The notes beneath the pieces are model-generated. The model was not told where the DNA came from and ran no database searches. It was given only the letters and a program-made list of their open reading frames with translations. 64,000 bases of DNA from Bdellovibrionota bacterium (GTDB lineage Bacteria; Bdellovibrionota_C; UBA2361; JBGSMV01), in NCBI GenBank assembly GCA_041739995.1, contig JBGSMV010000040.1, forward strand, positions 32,001-96,000, written 5' to 3'. The stretch's first letter is position 1; each line of letters starts with the position of its first letter. This document shows, piece by piece, positions 18,099-28,143 of the stretch. The position numbers and the translations under genes were made by a program.

Positions 18099-19997
18099 AT
18101 GGAAATAGTAAAGGCTGAGCAAATCGAATTGCGAGATTCTCAGTCATCACAAGAGGCACTGGGGGCTCGCCTTGCGGCGAGGATCTCACGCTTTAAGACC
18201 GCATGGGGAAAAGTTGCCAGGGCGCAAAACTACGTCATTGGCTTGATGTGGCGCCATGAACGCGGCGTCTTCTTTCTTTGCATCGGACTTGGCGTTGCCC
18301 AAGGCATCAGTGTGCCATTGTTTAGCTATGCATTGGGTGAATCGCTAGAAGTTGCCACCGCGAATCAAAGCATGTGGAGCCAAGCGATTATCCTGTTGTG
18401 CGTAGCCGTTGCTCTGATGGGCGTGGTGCCGATGCTGATTCAGCTACTCAATCGCGAACTTGTTGAGTGGTTGTTTGGGCTTGTGCAAGGAACCCTCGTA
18501 GAGAAGGTGGCCTCGCTTGATGCGGAGAGATTCGCCGATCCAAAGCTGCGCGGAATGTTCCAGAGGCTCTCAATGCGGTTGGTGTGGAAGTTGATTGAGT
18601 TCAGCTTCTCACTCTACCCGCTGATTAAGGGCCTGGTGGGAGCCAGCATCGCATCCATAATTTTGTGGCATGGCGCTCCTGAGCTCCTACTCCTGGTTGG
18701 TGTAAGCGTCATTCCGGCGATGCTGATGGAGGCCAGGTTTGCGCGTCGCTACTGCCAGATGGACGAAGGTTGTACCACAAAGATTCGAAGTTTCTGGGAT
18801 GGGTTTCATCTTGGGACCACGAGTCAGTCGGTACACTTTCGTCAGTCCGTTGGCTCCGCCAAGCGCATGGCCAAGGACTTTGCTGCTCAAGCTCTTGCAC
18901 TGGTTGGTGTGTATCGAAGCTGCAACCAAACCTATGCGTGGTTACGGGTAAGCGCAGCAATGTTGTCGCAGATATGCGTGGCTTATGCATTGCTGAACCT
19001 GGTGTCCCGCTTTTCAAGCGGGGCAATAGGAATTTCAGAGTCTGTGCTGCTGATTGGCGGCGTGTCGCTGCTTGGCTCCTCACTTTCTGAGGCTGCAGGT
19101 GCGATCGGCCAGCAGGTTGGACTGTCGCTGTACGTCGAAGACTGGTTGGTGTTCCTTGACACTAAACCTTGGATTGTCCGCACGACTCAGAAGTCAGCGA
19201 TGCCTGAAGTATCGCGTGGAATCTCGGTCGAGCTCCGTGGCGTTAAGTTTGCGTATGGAGCGCGCGGAAAGCCGAAAGGCTTTCTGAAAGACGATCGCAT
19301 GGTGATCAAGGGCATCACCCTGGAGATCGCCGCGGGGGAAAAGTGTGCGCTACTTGCTCCAAACGGTGCCGGTAAGACCACACTGTCTAACCTGCTAGCG
19401 GGACTGATGGAGCCGACAGAAGGAAGCGTGTCGCTTGGGGGCGTGTCGGTACAAGACTTCGATGAGGAGACCCTTCGAAACCTTGTAGCGTACTTACCGC
19501 AGGACTTTGCGCGCTACACCATGACGGTCGAGCAGTACATTGCGCTTAGTTCCACCGGAGAGTCGGTGGATCATGAGCGTGTGCGACGGGCGGCAGAACG
19601 CAGTGGTGCGAACATCTTCATTGAGAAGTGGTCAAAAGGGTACCAGACCCTACTCGGCCATGATTATGAAGGTGGGGAGAGTCCATCAGGTGGTCAGCTT
19701 CAGAAGCTGGTGCTGGCGATGATGTTCTACAAGAACGCACCTCTGATGCTGTTGGACGAGCCGACCGCGGCGGTGGACCCTGAAAGTGCACGCGACTTTT
19801 GGGATCACCTGTTGCATCAGTGTCCTGGCCACACGGTTATCTTTTCGACTCACTATCTGGGCGCGGTCCGGAGAGCAGACAAGATAATCCTGCTTGCTGA
19901 GGGGAGAATTGCTGACGTAGGGACGCATGCGGAGCTGATACTGCGCAATGCTACCTACCAACGCATTTTCCGCTCACAGGCGGACGACTTTAGGTAA
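18099..19997 (+). CDS. ABC exporter, fused permease/ATPase
   Basis: N-terminal TM helices, Walker A APNGAGKT, Q-loop YLPQ, signature PSGGQ, Walker B LLDEPT, H-loop STH. AGGAG before ATG 18099. Confidence 0.9.
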   Translation: MEIVKAEQIELRDSQSSQEALGARLAARISRFKTAWGKVARAQNYVIGLMWRHERGVFFLCIGLGVAQGISVPLFSYALGESLEVATANQSMWSQAIILLCVAVALMGVVPMLIQLLNRELVEWLFGLVQGTLVEKVASLDAERFADPKLRGMFQRLSMRLVWKLIEFSFSLYPLIKGLVGASIASIILWHGAPELLLLVGVSVIPAMLMEARFARRYCQMDEGCTTKIRSFWDGFHLGTTSQSVHFRQSVGSAKRMAKDFAAQALALVGVYRSCNQTYAWLRVSAAMLSQICVAYALLNLVSRFSSGAIGISESVLLIGGVSLLGSSLSEAAGAIGQQVGLSLYVEDWLVFLDTKPWIVRTTQKSAMPEVSRGISVELRGVKFAYGARGKPKGFLKDDRMVIKGITLEIAAGEKCALLAPNGAGKTTLSNLLAGLMEPTEGSVSLGGVSVQDFDEETLRNLVAYLPQDFARYTMTVEQYIALSSTGESVDHERVRRAAERSGANIFIEKWSKGYQTLLGHDYEGGESPSGGQLQKLVLAMMFYKNAPLMLLDEPTAAVDPESARDFWDHLLHQCPGHTVIFSTHYLGAVRRADKIILLAEGRIADVGTHAELILRNATYQRIFRSQADDFR

Positions 19998-20027
19998 CGG
20001 GCACCTAGTCTGAACAAGCCCGCAGGC

Positions 20028-20075
20028 GAGCCGGGGGGAAAGAAGCCTTTTCTTACCCCCGCTCACCTCTTTTTA
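20028..20075 (+). terminator. Probable intrinsic terminator after the ABC gene
   Basis: GAGCCGGGGGGAAAGAAG-CC-TTTTCTTACCCCCGCTC stem with a T-rich tail. Confidence 0.45.
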
Positions 20076-20288
20076 TTGCCTGGGGCCCCGTTCCCCCAGC
20101 CGAGGCCACTTCGGCGGAACATTGCCGTATCTTACTGAAATTACTGAGAGTGCTGCCGACGCCCCTCATTCTCACTCCCTCGGACCCCCTGAGTTATCAC
20201 AAAGTTACGTGCCCCACGGTAACATCCATAACATCTATAGTTGGCACATCGGTTATCGGGTTGGCAGGTTTTTTGAAGGTCGAAGTTA

Positions 20289-20984
20289 ATGACATCTTTT
20301 CTTTCACTCTTAGCTGAGTCCACAGAGAGCCCCGCGGCTACTTCAATGCGTGAAATCACCCACGCAGTCTCGACCTCAGGGGGAGAACTGCTTAAGAAAT
20401 TTCATGGCGCTGGCACCGACATGCAGGTTGCCTTCGCCATCGGCGCCATCATTGTGGCCGCCTTCATTGCAATAATTCTACTCATCGCTCTCAGGCGCCA
20501 TCCAAACGATTCAGGCCCCATCGATACGCTCATCGAAAGACTAGATCGCCTTGAAGTTTCTCAACGCGAAAGCGGGCACCCAGCTCATCTCGCATCAGAG
20601 TTAAAAGGAATGGTGGGGTATTTTAAACAAGAGCTACACGAGCTACGACAGCTCTGCCTCGCAATCCATCACCAGCAGGTTAATGCCAGCAATACCCACG
20701 ATCGAGATCTCTATGCCTCGCGTGCAGGAACCGGGGGAATCGAACGTCGAAGAAATTCGCACGATCTTAATAGCACCGACACCCGAGTAGTAGACGAAAA
20801 TCAATCGGCGAACACCCTCACTCCTGAAAAACACATAGAGGAGATCTCTCCGCGTCAGCCCCACAGCGCGCGAGTGCGAGTAGGCGAAATCCCTTCTCGC
20901 GTCGTTGCAGAAGCCCGAGCCGCCTATTCTCCAAGCGTCAGCGGACGAGGGGGATTCTTTAATGCGCCAAGAGCAAAGCTATAA
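20289..20984 (+). CDS. Hypothetical single-pass membrane protein
   Basis: One TM segment (VAFAIGAIIVAAFIAIILLIAL-RR), then a coiled-coil and a low-complexity region. Confidence 0.6.
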   Translation: MTSFLSLLAESTESPAATSMREITHAVSTSGGELLKKFHGAGTDMQVAFAIGAIIVAAFIAIILLIALRRHPNDSGPIDTLIERLDRLEVSQRESGHPAHLASELKGMVGYFKQELHELRQLCLAIHHQQVNASNTHDRDLYASRAGTGGIERRRNSHDLNSTDTRVVDENQSANTLTPEKHIEEISPRQPHSARVRVGEIPSRVVAEARAAYSPSVSGRGGFFNAPRAKL

Positions 20985-21312
20985 TTCGGCTCCAATCCTT
21001 TAAGAGGAATCTTTCAACTCGTGCTCCAAAGCGCCTTGCTCCAAAACGACTTAGAGTGACAGTCCGTCGGACCTGTAATTGTAATTTTTTCAGGTCATTC
21101 AAGCTTCGAAGCTGAATTGGTACGTAGTAGCTGCTCGACTGAACTCTCCACTAGTAAACCTCTTACCGCATTTGAAGAGCTATCTAACAGCCACTCAAGC
21201 CTGAGCTGTGAACGAGACTCGGTGTGGTGGCAAAGCGACTGGAAATGCCGACGCAGGCACTCCACTACCAAGCGTAGAAGAGGCAAGCGTAAAGGAGGGA
21301 CAAGAACCACTT

Positions 21313-21783
21313 CTACAGTCCCTCTATGAAGCTAACCATCCCCAAGAGCACATAAATGCCGGCGAACAAGGTAGCCAAAAAGAGTGCAGTCAAGAGTAAG
21401 CCAATTAAGATGGTGCTTGTGACCACGCGCCCCACGGCTCCGTCAGCAGGATGCACAGCTCGCGCCTCGTCTAGAAGGGCCACGTTGCGCTCATTCGCCT
21501 TGAAAACGAAATCGAATAGGTCACCCACCAGCGGAATGAGGCCAACTAAGGACTCAATTGCAATGTTACCGACCATCCGAAACAGAACCCAGCGGGAGGC
21601 GCCACTGCGAGCCGCCGTGATCACGATGACCGAGGAAAGTATCGCACCAATGGAGTCCCCCACTCCAGGAATCAGACCTAAAAGTGGGTCGAGGCCAACG
21701 CGCCACCCTGTCGTTCCCACCGGAATCGACGAATCGAGTAGACGCGCAAGCCACCGTATTTTCTTATCAACGCGAATGTCCAT
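21313..21783 (-). CDS. DUF4112 family membrane protein
   Basis: LARLLDSSIPV...GLDPLLGLIPGVGD...VGLIPLVGDLFDFVFKANERN. Confidence 0.92.
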   Translation of the reverse strand: MDIRVDKKIRWLARLLDSSIPVGTTGWRVGLDPLLGLIPGVGDSIGAILSSVIVITAARSGASRWVLFRMVGNIAIESLVGLIPLVGDLFDFVFKANERNVALLDEARAVHPADGAVGRVVTSTILIGLLLTALFLATLFAGIYVLLGMVSFIEGL

Positions 21784-21785
21784 TA

Positions 21786-22286
21786 TTACGCAGCCATGTC
21801 CTCCATAGGAATGGATTTCATTATATGCTTCTCGCTTATCTCCGTAAGTAACTCATTCGTTTCGCTCTCCTCATCGAGCGTTTCCTGAAGAATTGCCACA
21901 GTTTCTTGGCACCCCAGCCTTTCAGCCATAGCACGAGCGGTGCCATAGGAAGAGATTTCATAGTGCTCCACACGCTGCGCTACTGCGATAAGTGCAGCGT
22001 CGAGAACTGCCTCGTCCCCCTCTTCCTCCAAAACCTCCTTCCCTTCTTCTACTAATCCCTCCATTGCCTTGCATTTTTTTCCCTTCGGGCTGAACTCCCA
22101 CATTTTAGCAATTTTCTCCAGGCGTTCGACCTGGGTCTTAGTTTGCTTGAGATGGTGTTCAAAGCCCGAGGCCAATTTGGCATTGGAGGCTTTCTTCGCC
22201 ATCTTTGGCAAAGCCTTCATGAGTTGCACTTCAGCCGAGTAGAGATCCTTGATTTGATCTTCAAACAGTTCATTTAGTGTATCCAT
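21786..22286 (-). CDS. Ferritin-like DUF892 (YciE/YciF) stress protein
   Basis: DLYSAE.Q..KALPKM, KCKAMEGLVEEG, AQRVEHYEISSYGT. GGAG RBS. Confidence 0.93.
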   Translation of the reverse strand: MDTLNELFEDQIKDLYSAEVQLMKALPKMAKKASNAKLASGFEHHLKQTKTQVERLEKIAKMWEFSPKGKKCKAMEGLVEEGKEVLEEEGDEAVLDAALIAVAQRVEHYEISSYGTARAMAERLGCQETVAILQETLDEESETNELLTEISEKHIMKSIPMEDMAA

Positions 22287-22609
22287 ATGTTCTCCGTGTA
22301 TTTTATTATGTGAATGAACGCTACTTCGGGTCGCTGGTCTTTACGAAAAAAAGTCCTTCCTTGGTACCTTTGCCCCCGCAGCGATGGAACGTCCACGAGG
22401 TGCTTAACTATCAAACTTGAGCACCTCGATCGCATGATCAAGCTCATGCATCATGGGTTGCTACGCTTTGATCACACGCATCTCTTCTTAGAGATAAAAT
22501 GCAACAAGGGGGCCTGCGTCCATCGACCGTTGTATCTGGGAAATCAGTTTTATGGGTGACTATCAGGGTCGTGAAAAACTCTATTCACGATCCTGATAGG
22601 GAGGACAAG

Positions 22610-22813
22610 ATGTCCGACCGCGGACTGGAGCAAAGCGTAAGTAAGCAAAGCGACGCGGATTTCGAGATCGATATCGAAGCAGAAAGTGCCTACGATGTGC
22701 GCCATATTCAGCAGGCGCTGGACTCCGCTACAGGAGGCGCAATTTCCGAAATGCGAATATTGTCGGAACTTGAGGATTACAAGTTCTCTTTCTATCCTAT
22801 GCGGGTTTGGTGA
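22610..22813 (+). CDS. Small acidic hypothetical protein (67 aa)
   Basis: GGGAGG RBS before ATG 22610 (MSDRGLEQ...). No family recognised. Confidence 0.5.
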   Translation: MSDRGLEQSVSKQSDADFEIDIEAESAYDVRHIQQALDSATGGAISEMRILSELEDYKFSFYPMRVW

Positions 22814-23049
22814 CTAAAGTGCCGAAGCACCCTCTTCTTCTACCGTTCTTGAGGGGCGCAAGATTCATGACCTGCTGTCGCGGCCAGGCTGCTTTGCTAC
22901 CCACTAAATATGCTTTTTATTAAAACACGCTCCGACGAATCTCGTTGCAGCTTTGAAGTAGCTCCGCTCGCAGGGGCCCTTGCCAATAGGCGCCCAACGT
23001 TGCAGCCTGTGAGCTGCTGGATGCTCCAGCGCTAACTCTACGATGCATC

Positions 23050-24975
23050 ATGACCAAACCTTATATCTCCCGAGAAAGTAGTTACGAGAACGGACCTCTT
23101 TTCTCCTCAAAACGATACTCCGCTCCTCATGATTCCAACGCTGAAACTTCCACGCCTGAAGAGCATGACGACGCGCTTGTCCGCACTCGCTTTCGGCTTC
23201 AGGAACTCTATAAAACTTTAGAGGACCCATCGATTCTAAGAGACGTCGAAGCCGCCATCTCACTCGCTTCCAGTTTTCAGTCCTCGTTCCAAGGAAAGCT
23301 CAATCAGAAGCTTGGGGCAGCACTCACTGCTCTTGCCGAGATTCACACCCAGATCTCCCGCCCGATGCTGTATTTGCACCTTTCTTTGTCCTGTGACTCT
23401 GCCAACGAAAAAGCGCGTCAGGTCGCCAGCATCGTTCGGGAACGCTGGGCCGTTGCTAACGCAAACCACCTTACTTTTTTTGAGCAAGAAGTAGGGCACG
23501 ACATGTCTGAGGAACGCTATCAGGCCTTACTTCAGTCCGACGATATAGTCCTTCATCACCGTGGATATGTTGACCATGTGCGTAAACTTGCCGCTCATCG
23601 CCTTGGCTCTGATGTTGAGCGCGCCCTCACGCTGCGCTCACCATTTGGCCCAGAAGAATGGCGTGATTACTTTGATGAGACCGAGGTAAGCCTGCGCTTC
23701 CGCGTGCAGCATCCCGACGCACCGCGCACACAGCTGGCTCTGTCTGAGACGTTGAACCTCTGCTACCACCACCAGAATGGAGATTTGCGTTTCGCCGCTC
23801 TGAAAAGCCTGAATCGTGGCTTAAAGAAGTCCCTCGCTTCTATCTCGACCAGGACCCTTAACGCCGTGCTCGGCTCCCATGGTCTCGAAACTAAAGAGCG
23901 CGACTTTCCCCACTCTATGGCATCTCGAAACCTCGAGAACATGATTTCTGACTCCGTCGTAGACGCTTTGCATCATGCAGTGCGAAGCGAAGGAGCAAAT
24001 CAGGCAAAGCGTTACTACCGACTTTTGGCTAAGCAACTAAAGCAAAAGACCTTGCGCTGGTCTGACCGCACCGCGAAGTGCGATTCGTCGACCACTAAGA
24101 TCGCCTGGGAAGATGGCATTGAGATTGTTCGCGCAGCGTGGAGTAAATTTAGTCCTACGCTCGCAAGCTTTGCCACAAAGTTCGTTGATGAGGGTTGGGT
24201 TGATGCCCCTCCATATCGCGGCAAACAGTCAGGCGCTTTTAACTACTCGGTCATCCTTCCTGCGCCTCACGGCATTCGCTCTTATACCTTCATGAATTAC
24301 CACGGCACCGAACGTGATGTGATGACGCTTGCGCACGAGTTCGGCCATGGAGTGCACGGCATGTTGGCCGCCCAGGCCCAAGGCCCTCTACTCCACCAAG
24401 CACCACTCGCTTACGCTGAGACCGCGTCTATTTTTGGGGAGATGCTGGTGTTCGAGCACTTGCGCGCCCAAGAGCCTGCAAGAGAATTCTCACTACTCAT
24501 GGATAAGTGCTCCGATGTTATTAATACCGTAGTACGCCAGATTAGCTTTAGTTTCTTCGAGCAAAGAGCACATGCGCTCAGAAACCAGTCAAAGCTGACT
24601 GCCGCTGACTTTACGAAACTTTGGCACGACGTCACGGTCGAGTTGTACGGCCCAGAGGGAGAACTATTCACGTACGCCGAAACCGACTACCTGTGGACCT
24701 ACGTGTCGCACTTCATGAGTCCGTTCTACGTGTATGCCTATGCGTTTGGCGAGCTTTTGACACAGTCACTTTTTGCACTTCGCACTGAGTTGGGCGATCG
24801 CTTTGAGCCTCTCTACCTAGACCTGCTTCGCGCGGGCGGAAGCAAAGACGCGGTGGCGCTGCTGAAACCCTTTGGGCTGAATCCCAATGACCCGGATTTT
24901 TGGATGCGTGGTATTCGATGCAGCCTTGGGGCCTGGCTCGATCGCGCCGAAGAGCTTTCTCGCGACACTCCGTAA
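23050..24975 (+). CDS. M3 family oligoendopeptidase (PepF-like)
   Basis: GKQSGAF, TLAHEFGHGVH zinc motif, AETASIFGE, HF..PFYVYAYAFG. Confidence 0.93.
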   Translation: MTKPYISRESSYENGPLFSSKRYSAPHDSNAETSTPEEHDDALVRTRFRLQELYKTLEDPSILRDVEAAISLASSFQSSFQGKLNQKLGAALTALAEIHTQISRPMLYLHLSLSCDSANEKARQVASIVRERWAVANANHLTFFEQEVGHDMSEERYQALLQSDDIVLHHRGYVDHVRKLAAHRLGSDVERALTLRSPFGPEEWRDYFDETEVSLRFRVQHPDAPRTQLALSETLNLCYHHQNGDLRFAALKSLNRGLKKSLASISTRTLNAVLGSHGLETKERDFPHSMASRNLENMISDSVVDALHHAVRSEGANQAKRYYRLLAKQLKQKTLRWSDRTAKCDSSTTKIAWEDGIEIVRAAWSKFSPTLASFATKFVDEGWVDAPPYRGKQSGAFNYSVILPAPHGIRSYTFMNYHGTERDVMTLAHEFGHGVHGMLAAQAQGPLLHQAPLAYAETASIFGEMLVFEHLRAQEPAREFSLLMDKCSDVINTVVRQISFSFFEQRAHALRNQSKLTAADFTKLWHDVTVELYGPEGELFTYAETDYLWTYVSHFMSPFYVYAYAFGELLTQSLFALRTELGDRFEPLYLDLLRAGGSKDAVALLKPFGLNPNDPDFWMRGIRCSLGAWLDRAEELSRDTP

Positions 24976-25185
24976 CCCACTCAGTCGATCCTTTTTCTGT
25001 GTATCTTTGCTCTAGAATGCCTGGATTCAAAGTGCTTAGCCCTCAGAGAGTTCTGTGGCGATCGGGCCATGCTGTGATAGGATCCTCTCCCAAGCGCTCA
25101 ACTAGCGTCCGCTGACGTCATGTATCGCACTCAGCCCTTTGGAGGTTTTTGAGCGGTTTTTTAAGCGAGGGAGCACCCCAGTCTT

Positions 25186-26727
25186 ATGACACTTGTAGAA
25201 GCACCACACACGCCCATTCACTGCATGAACCTAGTTCGAGCCGGCTGGCACAGCCCGCCAGGCGCTCGTCATCTCACCATTCACTCGCCGCATACCGGAG
25301 ACATAATCGGCGACGTTCCGATGTCAGGGCCGGATGAAGTTAATGATGCTATTGTTCAAGCCTCTGGTGCGTTCGGCAAATGGCGAGACACACCGATAAA
25401 AGAACGTGCTCAAGTGGCGTTTCGCTTTCGACAAAATGTCCTAACCAATATCGACAAAATTGCTAATACCGCGGCACTCGAATCAGGGAAGACGTTCGCG
25501 GAAGCACACGCTGAAGTGCTCAAAGGTTTGGAAGTTGTCGAGTTCGCGTTGAGCCTTCAAAACATGAGCCAAGGGAGCCTACTAGAAGTTAGTCGCGGCG
25601 TATGGTGCAGAAGCACGCGCGAGCCGCTTGGAGTTGTGGTCGGAATCGCTCCTTTCAATTTCCCCGCTATGGTGCCGATGTGGATGCATCCAATCGCCAT
25701 CATGCTAGGTAACTGCTTCGTTCTTAAACCAAGTGAAAAGGTGCCTCTCACCTCTCAACTTATCGGCGACTGTTGGCTGGACGCCGGGCTTCCTCCAGGA
25801 GTGTTCAGCATCGTCAATGGTGACAGAACCACCGTGGAAGCACTGATCACTCATCCATTCGTCCAAGCAGTTGGATTCGTCGGCTCTACCGACGCAGCGC
25901 GCACGGTTTATGCCATGGCTACCAGTCTAGGGAAGCGAGCACTTTGTCTCGGGGGCGCTAAGAACTGCATGATTTTAGCACCTGACGCGGACGAGCGGGT
26001 TGCGGTGTCAGGGATTGTCGCCTCGTTTTCTGGATGCGCCGGGCAACGCTGCATGGCGGGAAGCCTGCTTCTGGCAGTCGGCGATGTAGACCATATCGTC
26101 CAAAGAATCGTCGCTCGAGCATCAGAGGTATGTCCAGGCGAAGCACTTGGCGCAATCATTGATACGAGTTCACTGAATCGAATCTCGTCGAAAATTGCAG
26201 AAGCACAGACCCAAGGAGCCGCGCTTAAACTCGACGGTCGCACGCCGCAAGCTCCCCGTGGCTATGAAGGCGGCAATTGGATGGGCCCCACAATTTTAGA
26301 CCACGTCACCATGGACATGAGCTGCGCGCGCAGTGAGATCTTCGGTCCGGTGCTCTCCATCGTCCGAGTTGGTTCGATCTCAGAGGCGCTCCAAATAGAA
26401 GCGCAGCTTGAGTATGGAAACGCGACGTCGGTTTTCACCACCAGCGGAGCAGTAGCCGATCTGGTCGCACAGCGAAGCTCAAGCGGCATGATAGGAGTCA
26501 ACGTTGGTGTGCCTGTGCCACGGGAACCCTTTTCTTTCGGCGGCACCAAACAGTCAAAGTTTGGCGCGGGCGACATTACGGGGATGAGTTCCCTGGAACT
26601 GTGGTCGTCTCTCAAGAAAATTACCTCTCGGTTTGAGTCACACCCGAACGGAAAAAATCGACATACCGCAGAGAGTGACAGTCAAGGTAGCGATGCCCAC
26701 CGAAAAGCTGCTGACTGGATGAGCTAG
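25186..26727 (+). CDS. mmsA: CoA-acylating (methyl)malonate-semialdehyde dehydrogenase
   Basis: PFNFPAMVPMW, LKPSEKVP, FVGST, LGGAKN, AGQRCMA catalytic Cys, EIFGPVL, GMIGVNVGVPVP. Confidence 0.9.
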   Translation: MTLVEAPHTPIHCMNLVRAGWHSPPGARHLTIHSPHTGDIIGDVPMSGPDEVNDAIVQASGAFGKWRDTPIKERAQVAFRFRQNVLTNIDKIANTAALESGKTFAEAHAEVLKGLEVVEFALSLQNMSQGSLLEVSRGVWCRSTREPLGVVVGIAPFNFPAMVPMWMHPIAIMLGNCFVLKPSEKVPLTSQLIGDCWLDAGLPPGVFSIVNGDRTTVEALITHPFVQAVGFVGSTDAARTVYAMATSLGKRALCLGGAKNCMILAPDADERVAVSGIVASFSGCAGQRCMAGSLLLAVGDVDHIVQRIVARASEVCPGEALGAIIDTSSLNRISSKIAEAQTQGAALKLDGRTPQAPRGYEGGNWMGPTILDHVTMDMSCARSEIFGPVLSIVRVGSISEALQIEAQLEYGNATSVFTTSGAVADLVAQRSSSGMIGVNVGVPVPREPFSFGGTKQSKFGAGDITGMSSLELWSSLKKITSRFESHPNGKNRHTAESDSQGSDAHRKAADWMS

Positions 26728-26820
26728 AAGCTCCTCCCTTCACCCTCTCTCAGGAGAGAAACGGGCGCTCCATAAAGGATCTGTGCTACTATTCTAGGTT
26801 CCTGTTTAATTGAGGTTTAT

Positions 26821-28143
26821 ATGAGTGATTCTGGCCTTCCCCCCAAAGGACTTCCCAAAGATACGACTGATGCCTCGGCGCTAGGCGAAGCTGCAGCACC
26901 AAGCACCCGCAAGCGACATATCCGTCTGACTTCCCACCCCACTCCCGGCCTCTCTTCAGGTCCTGAAATTAACTGGGGCGCAGCCGATCCTATGGTACGT
27001 GGCCCTATCGTCGGCTCACTCACTAATGCGGCTCAGCGCAACTGTATCGGTACACATTCCGGCTCCTATTCAGTTTACCGGGCCTTGGCGATTTCTGCCG
27101 GAGCGCTTAACGCTTCACATAAGCCAGATCTTACCAATACAGCTCCCGTCGAAGATCTTCGTCCCTTCCCTAGTTGGTCAGACCCGGCAGCCATTGTGTC
27201 CCTCGATCCCTGGGGTGCGAGCGTGTCTCGAGTTTTCTCGTCTTACTTTGATCAAGGCTATGACATTCGCCCGACTATCGCCGTCACGCGCGCGCACCTG
27301 AACATGCCAGAGCTCGTGCAAGAAATTGAGGATGGTCGACTTAAGCCAGATGGCGACATTCTTACTGCTGCTGGCGACTGTCGCGTTACCAAAGCGGCAG
27401 TTGAACCAGTGTGGTACCTGCCGGGACTTGCGGCGCGATTCAAGATTCCCGAGTCCGATCTTCGACGCGGACTGTTCGAGCATACCGGCGGCATGTTTCC
27501 AGAGTTAGTCACTCGCCCCGACCTAAAAGTGTTTCTGCCGCCGATCGGGGGACAGACCGTTTATCTTTTTGGTTCCTGGTCAGACCTTACTGATCCAAAG
27601 AAGCCCGTGGCCGTACGCGTGCATGACGAGTGCAATGGCTCAGACGTTTTCGGGTCTGACATCTGCACTTGCAGGCCGTACTTAGTGCACGGCATTCAAG
27701 TTTGCATTCAAACTGCTCAAGAAGGCGGCATTGGTATAATTGTATACAACCGCAAAGAGGGCCGCGCGCTTGGCGAGGTCACTAAGTTCTTGGTGTACAA
27801 TGCTAGAAAACGCCAAGAAGGTGGCGACCGAGCGGATGCCTATTTTCTGAGAACTGAATGCGTCGCGGGCGTGCAAGACATGCGCTTTCAAGAAATCATG
27901 CCAGACATTTTGCTTTGGCTTGGAGTAACACGTATCGATCGCCTGGTTTCCATGAGTAACCTAAAATATGACGCCATGACTCAAGCCGGAATTGAAGTGA
28001 AAGAACGCATCCCGATTCCCGATGAATTCATTCCTGCCGATGCGCGAGTTGAGATGGATGCCAAGCGTGCCGCAGGATATTTCACTCCTGAGGGCGCGCC
28101 GTCGACAGAGGAACTTTCTCGCAAGAAAGGACGAGACCTGTGA
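26821..28143 (+). CDS. Urc1/UrcA-type GTP-cyclohydrolase-II-family enzyme (UTP cyclohydrolase)
   Basis: Long N-terminal domain (INWGAADP..RGPIV, IGTHSGSYSVYRALA, YDIRPTIAVT) plus RVHDECNGSDVFGSDICTC, KEGRALGEVTKFLVYNARKRQ and QDMRFQ. Adjacent to Urc4 and upp. Confidence 0.9.
   Translation: MSDSGLPPKGLPKDTTDASALGEAAAPSTRKRHIRLTSHPTPGLSSGPEINWGAADPMVRGPIVGSLTNAAQRNCIGTHSGSYSVYRALAISAGALNASHKPDLTNTAPVEDLRPFPSWSDPAAIVSLDPWGASVSRVFSSYFDQGYDIRPTIAVTRAHLNMPELVQEIEDGRLKPDGDILTAAGDCRVTKAAVEPVWYLPGLAARFKIPESDLRRGLFEHTGGMFPELVTRPDLKVFLPPIGGQTVYLFGSWSDLTDPKKPVAVRVHDECNGSDVFGSDICTCRPYLVHGIQVCIQTAQEGGIGIIVYNRKEGRALGEVTKFLVYNARKRQEGGDRADAYFLRTECVAGVQDMRFQEIMPDILLWLGVTRIDRLVSMSNLKYDAMTQAGIEVKERIPIPDEFIPADARVEMDAKRAAGYFTPEGAPSTEELSRKKGRDL

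Noticed and set aside
19345..19710. Inactive ABC ATPase (Walker A APNGAGKT, signature PSGGQ)
   Set aside because: The Lys/Thr, Walker B DE, Q-loop and His are intact. Single substitutions at these positions are not enough to claim loss of function.
26821..28143. Riboflavin ribA
   Set aside because: The long N-terminal domain, HDECNGSD motif and urc4/upp context identify the Urc1 subfamily.
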